Part shown: positions 1 to 11,366 of the stretch, piece after piece
Numbering within the stretch: position 1 is the first letter of the stretch
Layout: each line of letters starts with the position of its first letter
Assembly: GCA_964016885.1 (NCBI GenBank)
Contig: OZ024741.1
Coordinates: forward strand, 377,828,001 to 377,892,000
Source: Eledone cirrhosa
Lineage: Eukaryota
Direction: 5' to 3'
Length of the DNA stretch: 64,000 nt
Notes under the pieces: model-generated
Databases searched by the model: none
Told to the model about the DNA's origin: nothing
What the model saw: only the letters and a program-made list of their open reading frames with translations
Made by a program: the position numbers and the translations under genes

Positions 1-85
1 TGGAGAATATACATTCTTCTGGAAAGGAAGAGATGAAGGAACCAGAAGAGAGGCTTGGCTAGGATTTGCTGTTAAGACTGTACTT

Positions 86-901
86 GTGAATAAATTAGAA
101 GAATTCCCAGTAGGGATTAGTGAGCGTCTTAATTCCATGAGAATTCCGCTGGACAGAGGAAGATATGCGACCCTGGTGAGTGTGTATTCTCCAATTATGA
201 ATTCTGTCGATGAAGAAAAAGTGTCCTTTAACCATGCCTTGAAATGTGTTTTAAGAAATATCCCTCAGGCAGACAAAGTCATCGTGCTTGGTGACTTTAA
301 TGCTAGAGAGGGTAGAGATTTTAACACATGGAATGTAATCGAAAGGCATGGGGTGGGAAAGTGTAACAACAATGGTATGCTCCTGCTGCAGATGTGTGAG
401 GAGCTGGAACTATGTGTTACCAACACCATGTTCCAACAAAAGAACACATTCAAGACCACATGGATGCATTCTGCATCTAAGGAATGCCATCTTTTGGACT
501 ACGTCTTAGTCAGGATGCGTAACAGACAGGATGTGCAGTGTGTTCGTGATCTTCGTGGGGCTGAGTGCTGGACGGACCACCGCCTGGTACGCGCAAAAGT
601 AAAACTAATCACTAAACGTAAAATCGGGGCTCCTGGTGTTGCCCTGCCCAAAAGATTGAATGCTGCTCGTCTTAAGGATAAAAATGTGAAGAGGACATTG
701 GAAGAAGAGATGCAGGCTGCAGATCTTGGTGAGGATTGGCCGACCCTTAAAAAGTCGGTTTATGATGTAGGCAGGCGTGTTCCGGGATTGGCGCAGAGGA
801 AACATCAGGACTGGTTTAATGAGAATGATGTACATATAGAAGACTTGTTGGCTGATAAGAGGCGTGCTCTGTCACGCTACTTGACGGCAAAACCACAGTA
901 G
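86..901 (+). pseudogene. APE endonuclease domain of RTE LINE ORF
   Basis: SVYSP, VLGDFN, NTMF..TW.H, DYVLV, TDH motifs; ends in premature stop. Confidence 0.9.
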
Positions 902-1171
902 AGGAATACGTTGCATGAGGAACTCAAGGGTGTAAAATAACGTGTTAGGCGGAGTCTTTCTCAGATGAAGGATCAGTGGTGGAGTGAGAAGGCTGGTGAG
1001 ATACAAACTGCGTCAGATTCCAATAACACAAAGCTGTTGTACAGTCTCTGGCGTGAAGTTTATGGACCGTCTTCTTCTCTGGTGACACCGCTTCGCAGCA
1101 AGGATGGCAAAGAACTTCTTCGTGACTCACAAGGAATTCTATGAAGGTGGCGAGAGCGCTTTGATGATCTT

Positions 1172-2542
1172 TTGAATCAGCCATCTGTCGTCAGTGAAGA
1201 TTTCCTCAATCTAATTCCAGAAAGTCCTGTGAAAGTAGCTCTCACAGAACCTCCGACGCTTGTGAAGGTTGCAGTGGATATTTCGAAGCTGAACAGTGGA
1301 AGATCTCCAGGTATGGATGGCATACATGCTGAGCTCCTACAAATTTGTGGTGAGAGACTCCTGCAACATCTTCACTCTTTGTTTGGCAGGATATGGGCTA
1401 ATGAATCCGTACCTGAGGACTGGAGAGATGCAGTAATGGTAGTCTTGTACAAGGGAAAGGGTAACAGGAATGATTGTGGGAACTACAGAGGTATATCATT
1501 GCTTTCTGTCGTAGGGAAAGTTTTATGTAGGGGGCTTCTGGACCGTCTGCTGACACACATTGCAGATTGTGTTCTTCCTGAAAGTCAATCTGGTTTTCGT
1601 GCTGGACGCGGCACTACTGATATGATCTTCTCAGCTAGACATCTCCAGGAGAAGTGCATGGAACAAGGGTTGGATCTGTATCAGGTTTTTGTCGATTTGA
1701 CGAAAGCTTTCGATACTGTTAACAGAGATGCATTATGGAAGGTTCTCCAGAAACTTGGTTGACCTGATAAGTTCCTTGCTTTAGTTAGGTCTTTCCATGA
1801 AGACATGAAGGCTTGGGTTAATGTCGGAGGTAACATGTCGGAGCCTATCTCAGTAAAATATGGAGTGAAACAGGGGGATATTCCAGCACCGACCCTGTTT
1901 GCCATATACTTTGCAATGGTTTTCTGTATTGCATTCAGGAATTGCGAGCATGGTGTTTACATCCGACATCGAGCCTCAGGCAGCATATTTAACTTCAGGC
2001 GCTTTGCTGCAAAGACAAAAGTATTTACATCAATCATAAGAGACCTCTTGTATGCAGATGATTGCGATCTTGTAACGCACACAGAGAGTGATATGCAGCA
2101 CATTTTGAATGCATTTTCTGACGCTTGCACTGCCCTAGGATTGACTGTCAGTCTCACGAAAACCGTGGTCATGTACCAACCTGCCACTGGTAAGCAGTAC
2201 ACTGAACCAAATATCTATGTGTATGGTAAACTACTTGGAGTGGTTGATCAGTTTGTCTACCTGGGAAGCACTGTCAATCGATACGGCAACATTGACAGTG
2301 AAATCTCACTTAGGATTAGGAAAGCAAGGGTTGCTTTCGGAAATCTAGAAAGGCGACTCTGGGGTCGGCGAGACATATGCAGGAGGACAAAGGTAAAGGT
2401 GTACAGGTCATGTGTGCTCTATTGGCTTCTTTATGCCTGCGAGACTTGGGTCACATATCGACACCACCTTAATCAATTGGAGCGTTTCCATCAGATGAGT
2501 CAGACGGATCCATGGCGTTCACTGGAGGGACCACATCAGTGA
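1172..2542 (+). pseudogene. Reverse transcriptase domain of RTE LINE ORF (interrupted by stop at 1760-1762)
   Basis: SPGMDGI, YRGISLL, DLTKAFD, GVKQG, YADD, FVYLGS motifs. Confidence 0.92.
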
Positions 2543-2552
2543 TGTCGAGATT

Positions 2553-3215
2553 TTGGAAAGCTCTATGTGTGACAGCATAGAAGCTCTTGTGCTTAAGCAA
2601 CGACTCCGTTGGAGTGGTCACCTTGCCAGGATGAAGGATTCTAGAATACCAAAACAACTCTTTTATGGAGAGTTGGTTAAAGGAAAACGACCGCTATATA
2701 AACAAAAAAAGAGGTATAAGGACTCCTTGAAAGCCTCTCTGAAAGACGCTAACATCTCTGCTGATACATGGGAAAATATTGCAGCTGATCGTAATAAATG
2801 GAGAAAGACTGTATATGAGGGAAAAGTTGCCTTTGAGGCATCTCGAATCGCATACGAGAAAGTAAAGCGGGATGTGAGGAAGGGCATTGCTGTTGCACTT
2901 CCAGACGGCGAGGGTCCTCCTATGGTGCTGACATGCAGCGTCTGTGCGAGACGCTGCCTAAGCAAAGCTGGACTCGAAAGTCATCTTCGCAGTCATAAAG
3001 TAAGACCAGTGGTTGACTACCAGGCTGCTGTTGGAGATGCTACTCATCATTCTTGCTAAACAGGTGGTAGAGGATGTAAATCAGCAGGAGGGCTCAAGTG
3101 ACATGCAAAAGTACACGAACTCCAACCACAGCCGACTATTCCCAGTGAATGTTTTGGTTGCCGACTCTGTGCATTGGCTGGGCTAACAGGCCACATTCGG
3201 TCGCAGCGCTGTTAG
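2553..3215 (+). pseudogene. RTE C-terminal region with three C2H2 zinc fingers (second and third decayed)
   Basis: CSVCARRCLSKAGLESHLRSH; reading through the stop at 3057 gives C*TGGRGCKSAGGLK*HAKVH and [16 protein letters not shown]. Confidence 0.75.
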
Positions 3216-3224
3216 GTTGCTATC

Positions 3225-3796
<572 letters not shown>

Positions 3797-3861
3797 GAAG
3801 AGAGAAGAAACATTTAGATATAATAAGTAATAAAAGTATCATACCTAAACTGCTCCTAGAT

Positions 3862-3951
3862 TCCTCGACTACGTAGTTTCGTGGCATAAACAAAAACAAT
3901 ACATCATAAAGATATAGAGTCCCTGCGATGTCTGCCGACTTATCAAGAGGA
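3862..3951 (-). ncRNA. Type I hammerhead ribozyme motif (U3/A8 variant), copy 1
   Basis: Reverse complement of UCCUC-UUGAUAA-stem II-GAAAC-UACGUA-GUC-GAGGA. Confidence 0.7.
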
Positions 3952-4454
3952 TACCTCATTTTACTAGTCTCAAGAACGCGTCTACACGACGTGAGAAAGA
4001 ATCCCAAAAGGCGGAGGGGGAGATAGTCACGCGATATAACGGTCGAGAAACTGAGCTAAGCCTCTTATAACCCCGAAGAAAATACCACAGAGGCGGAGGG
4101 GGTATTTATATCGAAGCTGTAGAAGAGGTGGTGAAGGAGGCGAGAAGTATGAGTAATGGCAGCTTTCCAGCAGTCACCACACTTCAAAGATTACTCAACC
4201 AGAGGGAGTTATTAATAATAAATTTAGAAACACACAGATACATGCGGACACACACATATATATGAATGCATCCACACCCAACCGTGAGTTAAGGGTGCCA
4301 ACCTCACCGATGTTGCTCAATGAATGACTGGGACAGACCAATCCGGTCGAACAAGACTGAACCAGTATCAGAGATAAAAATACATTATGAAGAGAGAAGA
4401 AGCATTTAGATATAATAAGTAATTAAATGTATCATACCTAAACTGCTCCTAGAT

Positions 4455-4544
4455 TCCTCGACTACGTAGTTTCGTGGCATAAACAAAAACAATACATCAT
4501 AAAGATATAGAGTCCCTGCGAGGTCTGCCGACTTATCAAGAGGA
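4455..4544 (-). ncRNA. Type I hammerhead ribozyme motif (U3/A8 variant), copy 2
   Basis: Same motif as 4836-4925 on the opposite strand. Confidence 0.7.
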
Positions 4545-4835
4545 TACCTCATTTTACTAGTCTCAAGAACGCGTCTACACGACGTGAGAAAGAATCCCCA
4601 AAAAGTGTGGTGACTGCTGGAAAGCTGCCATTACTCATACTTCTCGCCTCCTTCACCACCTCTTCTACGGCTTCGATATAAATACCCCTCCGCCTCTGTG
4701 GTATTTTCTTCGGGGTTATAAGAGGCTTAGCTCAGTCTCTCGACCGTTATATCGCGTGACTATCTCCCCCTCCGCCATTTTGGGATTCTTTCTCACGTCG
4801 TGTAGACGCGTTCTTGAGACTAGTAAAATGAGGGA

Positions 4836-4925
4836 TCCTCTTGATAAGTCGGCAGACCTCGCAGGGACTCTATATCTTTATGATGTATTGTTTTTGTTTA
4901 TGCCACGAAACTACGTAGTCGAGGA
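4836..4925 (+). ncRNA. Type I hammerhead ribozyme motif (U3/A8 variant), copy 3
   Basis: Stem I TCCTC/GAGGA; core TTGATAA 4841-4847; stem II GT(C)GGCA/TGCCAC with long loop; GAAAC 4907-4911; palindromic TACGTA; GTC 4918-4920. Confidence 0.72.
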
Positions 4926-5156
4926 ATCTAGGAGCAGTTTAGGTATGATACATTTTATTACTTATTATATCTAAATGTTTCTTCTCTCTTCATAATGTAT
5001 TTTTAACTCTGATACTGGTTCAGTCTTGTTCAACCGGATTGGTCTGTCCCAGTCATTCATTGAACAACATCGGTGAGGTTGGCACCCTTAACTCACGGTT
5101 GGGTGTGGATGCATTCATATATATGTGTGTGTCGGCATGTATCTGTGTGTTTCTAA

Positions 5157-5194
<38 letters not shown>

Positions 5195-5196
<2 letters not shown>

Positions 5197-6110
5197 ACAA
5201 TGTAGGAAAAACATTTCTAGCCCTCTTAGATAGACACTTTCTCATAGGTCATAAATACCGCTCCATCTTTAACCGGCACAAAGTTAAACTAGGATACTTC
5301 TGCGCTAAGAACATGAAGGCCAACATCACCTGCAGCCCTAGGAGCAACACCCCACCAGGGTGCTCTTGCCGTAAGCCCGAAGCATGCAGCCTTCAACAGC
5401 AATGCAACACACCTTCTGTAATTTATGAAGCTGTGGTCACTTCCAAACCGACCAAACGAACCACAGGAGGTCAAATCCTATGTGAGAATGGCGGAGGGCC
5501 GATTTAAGGAACGTTTCCTGAACCACCAGTTTACCTTCAGGTAGCCAGACAGACGTTCATCCATGAAACTCGCGAGCCACGTATGGTCCCTCAAGGAGTC
5601 AAGTATAGACTACTCCATCCAATGGAAAGCCATCACTAAGTCCAAGCCATACGCAAGGGAAAATCCGACGTGTGGCTTATGTATTGACGAACGAATAGCT
5701 ATTCAAAAGAGATTACGCAATAGTGATTGCTTAAACACGAGAAATGAATTTGTAACACGTTGTCCACACGTCGCCACACACCTATTGCATAACTACAAAG
5801 CTCCGGACTGATTCCTTGTAATTTTATGTTCTCCTAAAAGTTTTCGGACTTTCGTAGTTATCTCCCTTCCACCTCTCGCACGCATTCTAGTATTGCCTGT
5901 GTGAGGTGACCGGGTTTCTGCGCATGCGCTTTCGTACGGTTGTTCTTCCTGTTCCTATAACCATGCCCATTACGAGATGAGGATCCGTTAAGGTGAAACA
6001 ATTGTTCTCTGTATGGTAAACTAACTGTTGTGTAACCACTTCTACGTAACTCGTCCCATGGACTGAGTGCTCTACCACTACGGATATTACCTTCCAGTGT
6101 TCCACCACTA
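5195..6110 (+). mobile_element. Penelope-like element 3' fragment: Cys-rich linker, GIY-YIG endonuclease and downstream pLTR-like region
   Basis: CSCRKPEACSLQQQC..SVIYEA, FKERFLNH, LASHVWSLK..YSIQWK..CGLCIDER..LNTRNE..CPH; degenerate HHR-like GATGAG-GATCC-GTTAA-GGT-GAAAC-AATT-GTT near 5975-6010. Confidence 0.85.
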
Positions 6111-6526
6111 TATATATATATATATATATATTAATATATATTGACAGATATTTTCTTTAACACACCCGAAAAGATGACTGGCAAAGTTGATCTCTGCGGG
6201 ATTTGGTTACAGAACTCTGGGATCCAGAAGAAATATAAAATACTTTTATTACTCTTCCAATGGACGTTTCCTATTCTGTCAAATATTAAAATAAAATATG
6301 ATATCGTTGAAGTTTTATCGAACCCCTGATTGATTATTGTTCGTTAACTTTGCGCATACTACCCCTCCATATATATTACTTTCAAGGAATTTCACCAGTC
6401 CAGCCCCTTGCCATCTTATTCAATAATACGCCCCCCCCCCCCACACACACATACACACACATATATATATATATATATATTTACAATGTTACGAACGAAT
6501 CGATACAAGCCGTACGTACATATGTA

Positions 6527-6593
<67 letters not shown>

Positions 6594-6607
6594 TTATTTA
6601 TTTATGT

Positions 6608-7205
6608 CGGGTCACTCTTGAGTACTACTAGTAACTTGAAACCTAGTTCAACCTCTCGCATGGCCGGGTTGTCGGTGACTAAACCAGCAACACCACCGAG
6701 TTTACTTGGTGAGGAAGGTAATTTTGGACACCCTGTTGGACAAAAAAGAAAACCTGACAAAGGGCGATCAACGGCCATGCAAAAGTGTGTAAATATGTAT
6801 ATACATATGTACATATGTCTGTGTATATAAATGGATGCATGTGTGTGTATATGCGCGGGGACATAGAAATACTCGGGCTGGAAACCTGATCGCGCGGTTA
6901 AACGACTGGGAGTGAATGCTCCCTGGACTTTGTCAGGGCATTCTTCTAGGAGAAGGTAACTCAGGAAACTGGGATAACTCCGATATTTAATCTGCGGTTC
7001 AGTGATTAACGACGAAGTTGATCTTTTCTTCTTTTTGGGTTATAGCTACTTTCGCTCAGAGAGTGGGTTTGCCTCAGTGCACAGTTTTTCCTTACTTTAA
7101 AAAATACCATCACGCACAGGCATTGCACTATGGAATTAATTAATAATTATTAATAATGGTATATCGTGCAATGGCCATACTCGATAACGTGGGGCCAGCC
7201 ATCAT
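6608..7205 (+). mobile_element. Non-autonomous bipartite RTE derivative (RTE 5'-UTR-like head plus RTE 3' terminal hairpin)
   Basis: 7165-7205 nearly identical to RTE terminus 3625-3665; 6705-6780 similar to reverse complement of 23070-23158; no ORF; flanked by (TA)n. Confidence 0.6.
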
Positions 7206-7859
7206 ATATATATATATATATATATTCGGATATACATGGTATCCGTGTATATGTTTGTGTGCGTATACGTGTATGTATGGAATAATAAACTCCAAGGTCT
7301 TTCAGGGTATTTGGGACATTTAATATTTTAAATTTCGACGAAAAATTGTATTTATTATTTATACTCTGCGTTGAAACGTGCAGGCTGGATCTTCAATTAT
7401 TTTGGCCAATAGATTACATTTTACATTAAGCGGTCAGGTTCCTTAAGGTTCCATTCAATATCTTGATTTATAATATATGTTTATGTATAATAAACATGTA
7501 TAAATCTCACTAGGAGGGATATATCAGCATACCTATTTATTTGACGATAAACATATGGTAGACATCAATTATAAAAACGTGAAATTAAGTAGCTTTTTAT
7601 GAAAGACACATTTCATAAACAATACAAGTTTTCTAATAGATCATATATTGTATCATTATTTTGCGTCTTCCATAAAACCTTTAATTTTTTGAGATATTCA
7701 GAACATATGGCATATGTGAAAAGGATATGGCTTTCCTTATTATTTTTTATTTATCCACTATTTGAATATTTGGATTATCACCGATCTATTTAAAAGTGGA
7801 ATAATATATTTTGTAATTTACGAATATTATTTCCTAATATTTCCTAATATTTCCTAATA

Positions 7860-8050
7860 GGACGGTGGATTGGCAGTATCGGTAGAGAGTCGTACGCCAT
7901 GCTTTCCAGCATAGTTACGTCCCTTTACGATCTGACTTCAAATCCCGCCGAGGTTGACTTTGCCTTTCATCTTTACAGGGTCGATAAAATAAAGTACCAG
8001 TAATACACTGGGTAATTGCTGGCCTTGTGCCTAAAGTAGAAACAATTATT
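7860..8050 (+). mobile_element. tRNA-derived SINE (octopus-type), full length
   Basis: A-box-like TGGCAGTATCGG, B-box-like ACTTCAAATCC, central GCCTTTCATC..GGGTCGATAAAATAAAGTACC, tail GGCCTTGTGCC..GAAACAATTATT; multiple copies in window. Confidence 0.9.
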
Positions 8051-8457
8051 TCCTAATATTCTTAATAATATATTAAACAATGTCAATATCCTGATGAACA
8101 ACTGTGTAAGTTAATTTAATAATATTTTCAACTTCATTGATTAATATTTTAAAGTAAACAGAAAGGAATATGAAGGTGTATAGGGGAAATAATATAAAAA
8201 TAATCGGTTTTATTTGTGTGATAATGTCATGGGTGGTTTCTAATTCAAATACAACGTATAATGATTTATATGTAGCCCTAAAACTAAGCAATAAGAGCAT
8301 ACAGGAAAAATGTGTTCAGAAACATGAAAGAGATAAAATAATTTCCTGCGTTTCTCTTGAAATTCAAATTGGAAAATCGGATATTAAAAAAAAAGAACGA
8401 AGATGTATGATATGTAAAAGGTTGAAATATATCTGATATAAAGAAGCATTGGATGCA

Positions 8458-8490
<33 letters not shown>

Positions 8491-8767
8491 TGGAAAAGAA
8501 TGAAACGAAATTTCATTTCTCACTCTTAGTACGGCTGATACTTAAATGTAAGTATGATCGTATACGTACATACATATATGTATACAGACGTATAGTAGTA
8601 TGTATATATATACATACATGCACACGTATATATATGTACGTATCGGTTTACCAAACATTTATTATAATGTTCGGTTTGTTTGTTTTTTAAACAAACAAAC
8701 AGCCCGAATTGCGCCGTACAGTGTTTAGCACCCATCGTTGCTCTTTTGTTCAACACTGACAGAGGAA

Positions 8768-8808
8768 CGATGTACTAGTTTCAAGCTTATTACCCATTGT
8801 CAGCACCG
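8768..8808 (-). ncRNA. Type I hammerhead ribozyme motif, unit A (core CUGACAA, mutated)
   Basis: Reverse complement CGGTG-CTGACAA-TGGGTAATAAGCTT-GAAAC-TA-GTA-CATCG. Confidence 0.7.
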
Positions 8809-9212
8809 TATCCCTTCCTGCCAGATGATTGAACGTATGAAAGTATATACTTTCCTGATGCATATTAACGGCTGACCAGCCTAATTTGCATATCGAGTGA
8901 GATAGTCGGCCGGGCGCACCGAAAACGATAAATGGAATAGAATGAAACGAAATTTCATTTCTCACTCTTAGTACGGCTGATACTTAAATGTAAGTATGTA
9001 TGTATACGTACATACATATATGTATACAGACGTACAGTAGTATGTATATATATATACATACATGCACATATACATATATATATATATATGTACGTATGAA
9101 TTTACCGAACATTTATTATAATGCACGGTGTGTTTATAAACAAAAATCTCGAATTAAGCTGTACAGAGTTTAGCACCCATCGTTGCTCTTTTGTTCAACA
9201 CTGACAAAGGAA

Positions 9213-9253
9213 CGATGCACTAGTTTCAAGCTTATTAGCCATCGTCAGCACCG
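9213..9253 (-). ncRNA. Type I hammerhead ribozyme motif, unit B (intact core, GUG triplet)
   Basis: Reverse complement CGGTG-CTGACGA-TGGCTAATAAGCTT-GAAAC-TA-GTG-CATCG. Confidence 0.75.
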
Positions 9254-9417
9254 TATACCTTCCTGACAGATGATTGAGCGTTTGAAAGTATATACTTTCC
9301 TTATGCATATTAACGGCTGAGCAGCCTTATTTGCATATCGAGTGAGTTAATCTGTCGTTAATATGCACAAGGAAAGTATATACTTTCAAACGTTCAATCA
9401 TCTGGCAGGAAGGTATA

Positions 9418-9458
9418 CGGTGCTGACGATGGCTAATAAGATTGAAACTAGTACATCG
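9418..9458 (+). ncRNA. Type I hammerhead ribozyme motif, unit C
   Basis: CGGTG-CTGACGA-TGGCTAATAAGATT-GAAAC-TA-GTA-CATCG. Confidence 0.8.
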
Positions 9459-9854
9459 TTCCTTTGTCAGTGTTGAACAAAAGAGCAACGATGGGTGCTA
9501 AACACTGTACGGCTTAATTCGAGATGTTTTTTTACAAACACACCGTGCATTATAATAAATGTTCGGTAAATCCATACGTACATATATATATATGTATGCA
9601 TGTATGTATATATATATACATACTACTGTACGTCTGTATACATATATGTATGTACGTATACATACATACTTACATTTAAGTATCAGCCGTACTAAGAGTG
9701 AGAAAAGAAATTTCGTTTCATTCTTTTCCATTTATCGTTTTCGGTGCGCCCGGCCGACTATCTCACTCGATATGCAAATTTGGCTGCTCAGCCGTTAATA
9801 TGCATAAGGAAAGTATATACTTCCAAACGTTCAATCATCTGGCAGGAAGGTATA

Positions 9855-9895
9855 CGGTGCTGACGATGGCTAATAAACTTGAAACTAGTACATCG
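9855..9895 (+). ncRNA. Type I hammerhead ribozyme motif, unit D
   Basis: CGGTG-CTGACGA-TGGCTAATAAACTT-GAAAC-TA-GTA-CATCG. Confidence 0.8.
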
Positions 9896-10171
9896 ATCCT
9901 TTGTCAGTGTTGAACAAAAGAGCAACGATGGTTGTTAAACACTGTACGGCTTAATTCGGGATGTTTGTTTACAAATACACCGAGCATCGTAATAAATGTT
10001 CGGTAAATCCATACGTACATGTATATATGTGTGCATGTATGTATATATATATACATACTACTGTACGTATGTATACATATATGTATGTACGTATACATAC
10101 TTATATTTAAGTAACAACCGTACTAAGTGTGAGAAATGATATTTCGTCTCATGTTTTCCGTTTATATATAT

Positions 10172-11315
10172 ACTAGCATTAAAGCGCGGCGTTGCAGGGG
10201 TCAGTAAGTTACCAAAGTTAGGTTGCACCACCCATTTTATGGCAGCAATCTTTTGTCTGCCAGGCACTGGGTAAATGAATTGCAGACCTGGACTGCCGAC
10301 GCAGGAGCTGCGCCAGCAGTGACAATTGTAGTTTCGCCTATGGATATTATCTCTGTGCAAAGAAGTGTTGAAATTTATTGTTTCACAGTACTTGCGCAAC
10401 ACGCGCGTAGACGATGCCTGCCGAACAACAGAGCTGCGATGGCGTTGTTCTGCAAGGTTGTCTAATGTGTGTTTTCTAACTTTAAGACAGTAGGGAGTGG
10501 TGTGATATGGGGGAGAGTTAGCAACTGTTTCTAGCATGTTTAGTGACCTCATAGAGGATATTATTGTGTATAGTAAATGGACGGTGGATTGGCAGTATCG
10601 GTAGAGGGTCGGACGCCATGCTTTCCAGCATAGTTACGTCCCTTTACGATCTGAGTTCAAATCCCGCCGAGGTTGACTTTGCCTTTCATCCTTACGGGGT
10701 CGATAAAATAAAGTACCAGTAATGCACTGGGTAATTGCTGGCCTTGTGCCTAAATTAGAAACAATTATTGTGTATAGTAAATGAACTGATACCTTTTTCT
10801 TCCACGTTTGTTGATAGATGTTTTATAAAAGATTTATCGCTATTTTTGTTGTTGTTGAATACATTTATCTGTTGCTTTTGAATAATTGTTGTTTCGTATG
10901 AAATGTAATAAGTTCTCTTTGTCATTGAAGTAAATAAATGTTTGACCGTTCCACACTCAAAAACAAACTTCCCTCTCTCTCTCCCTCTCACTCTCTCTCT
11001 CTTAAAGTTTGTAAGTTTAATCGCATACCAGAAAAAGTTGCAGCATGTATGTAGTTTTATCGAATTTTAAGAGGAGTAGAGAGAGGTAAAATGATTGTAT
11101 TAGAGGGGTAAAGCGTCATATATTTAGTTTGATCGATTATTTCCGTAATTGTGGGTGAGTTTGAATGAAATAAATAGTCGTTGTCCTAAGTTAAACCATT
11201 TACAACATTCTTACAGTCTTGAGTCGAATCGGTTTGAAATTGTGCAAATGTATAAACATGGAACATACACACACACACACACAACAACAACAATCTGCAT
11301 TTTATAGATAATGAT
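10172..11315 (-). mobile_element. Probable non-autonomous Helitron (interrupted by a SINE)
   Basis: CTAG at 10173-10176 beside a degenerate GC-rich hairpin (GCGCGGCGTTGCAGGGG); far end has AATCGG..ATGTATAA..(CA)n..TTTATAGAT resembling non-autonomous Helitron 5' ends. Confidence 0.45.
10580..10770 (+). mobile_element. tRNA-derived SINE with 20-bp target-site duplication
   Basis: Same consensus as 7860-8050, B box GAGTTCAAATCC; ATTATTGTGTATAGTAAATG at 10560-10579 and 10764-10783. Confidence 0.93.
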
Positions 11316-11328
11316 ATATATATATATG

Positions 11329-11366
<38 letters not shown>

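Larger units (their letters stand above)
3793..5160. mobile_element. Penelope-like pLTR repeat (~593-bp period): partial tandem duplication followed by an inverted full unit
   Basis: 3793-4005 recurs at 4385-4598; 4600-5160 is the reverse complement of the unit; each copy carries an HHR motif; direct-plus-inverted pLTR layout is typical of Penelope-like elements. Confidence 0.7.
8490..10160. repeat. Palindromic array of four ~440-bp HHR-containing units (two minus, two plus), centre ~9350; Penelope pLTR or retrozyme-like
   Basis: 8490-8930 ~ 8932-9345; 9355-10160 is their reverse complement; one HHR per unit. Confidence 0.88.

Noticed and set aside
7860-7950. tRNA gene calls for A/B-box sequences
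   Set aside because: No cloverleaf; they are SINE heads with body, tail and TSD
8490-10160. CRISPR-like or DNA-transposon TIR reading of the repeats
   Set aside because: Eukaryotic context, no unique spacers, no transposase or TSD; explained by HHR-bearing tandem units
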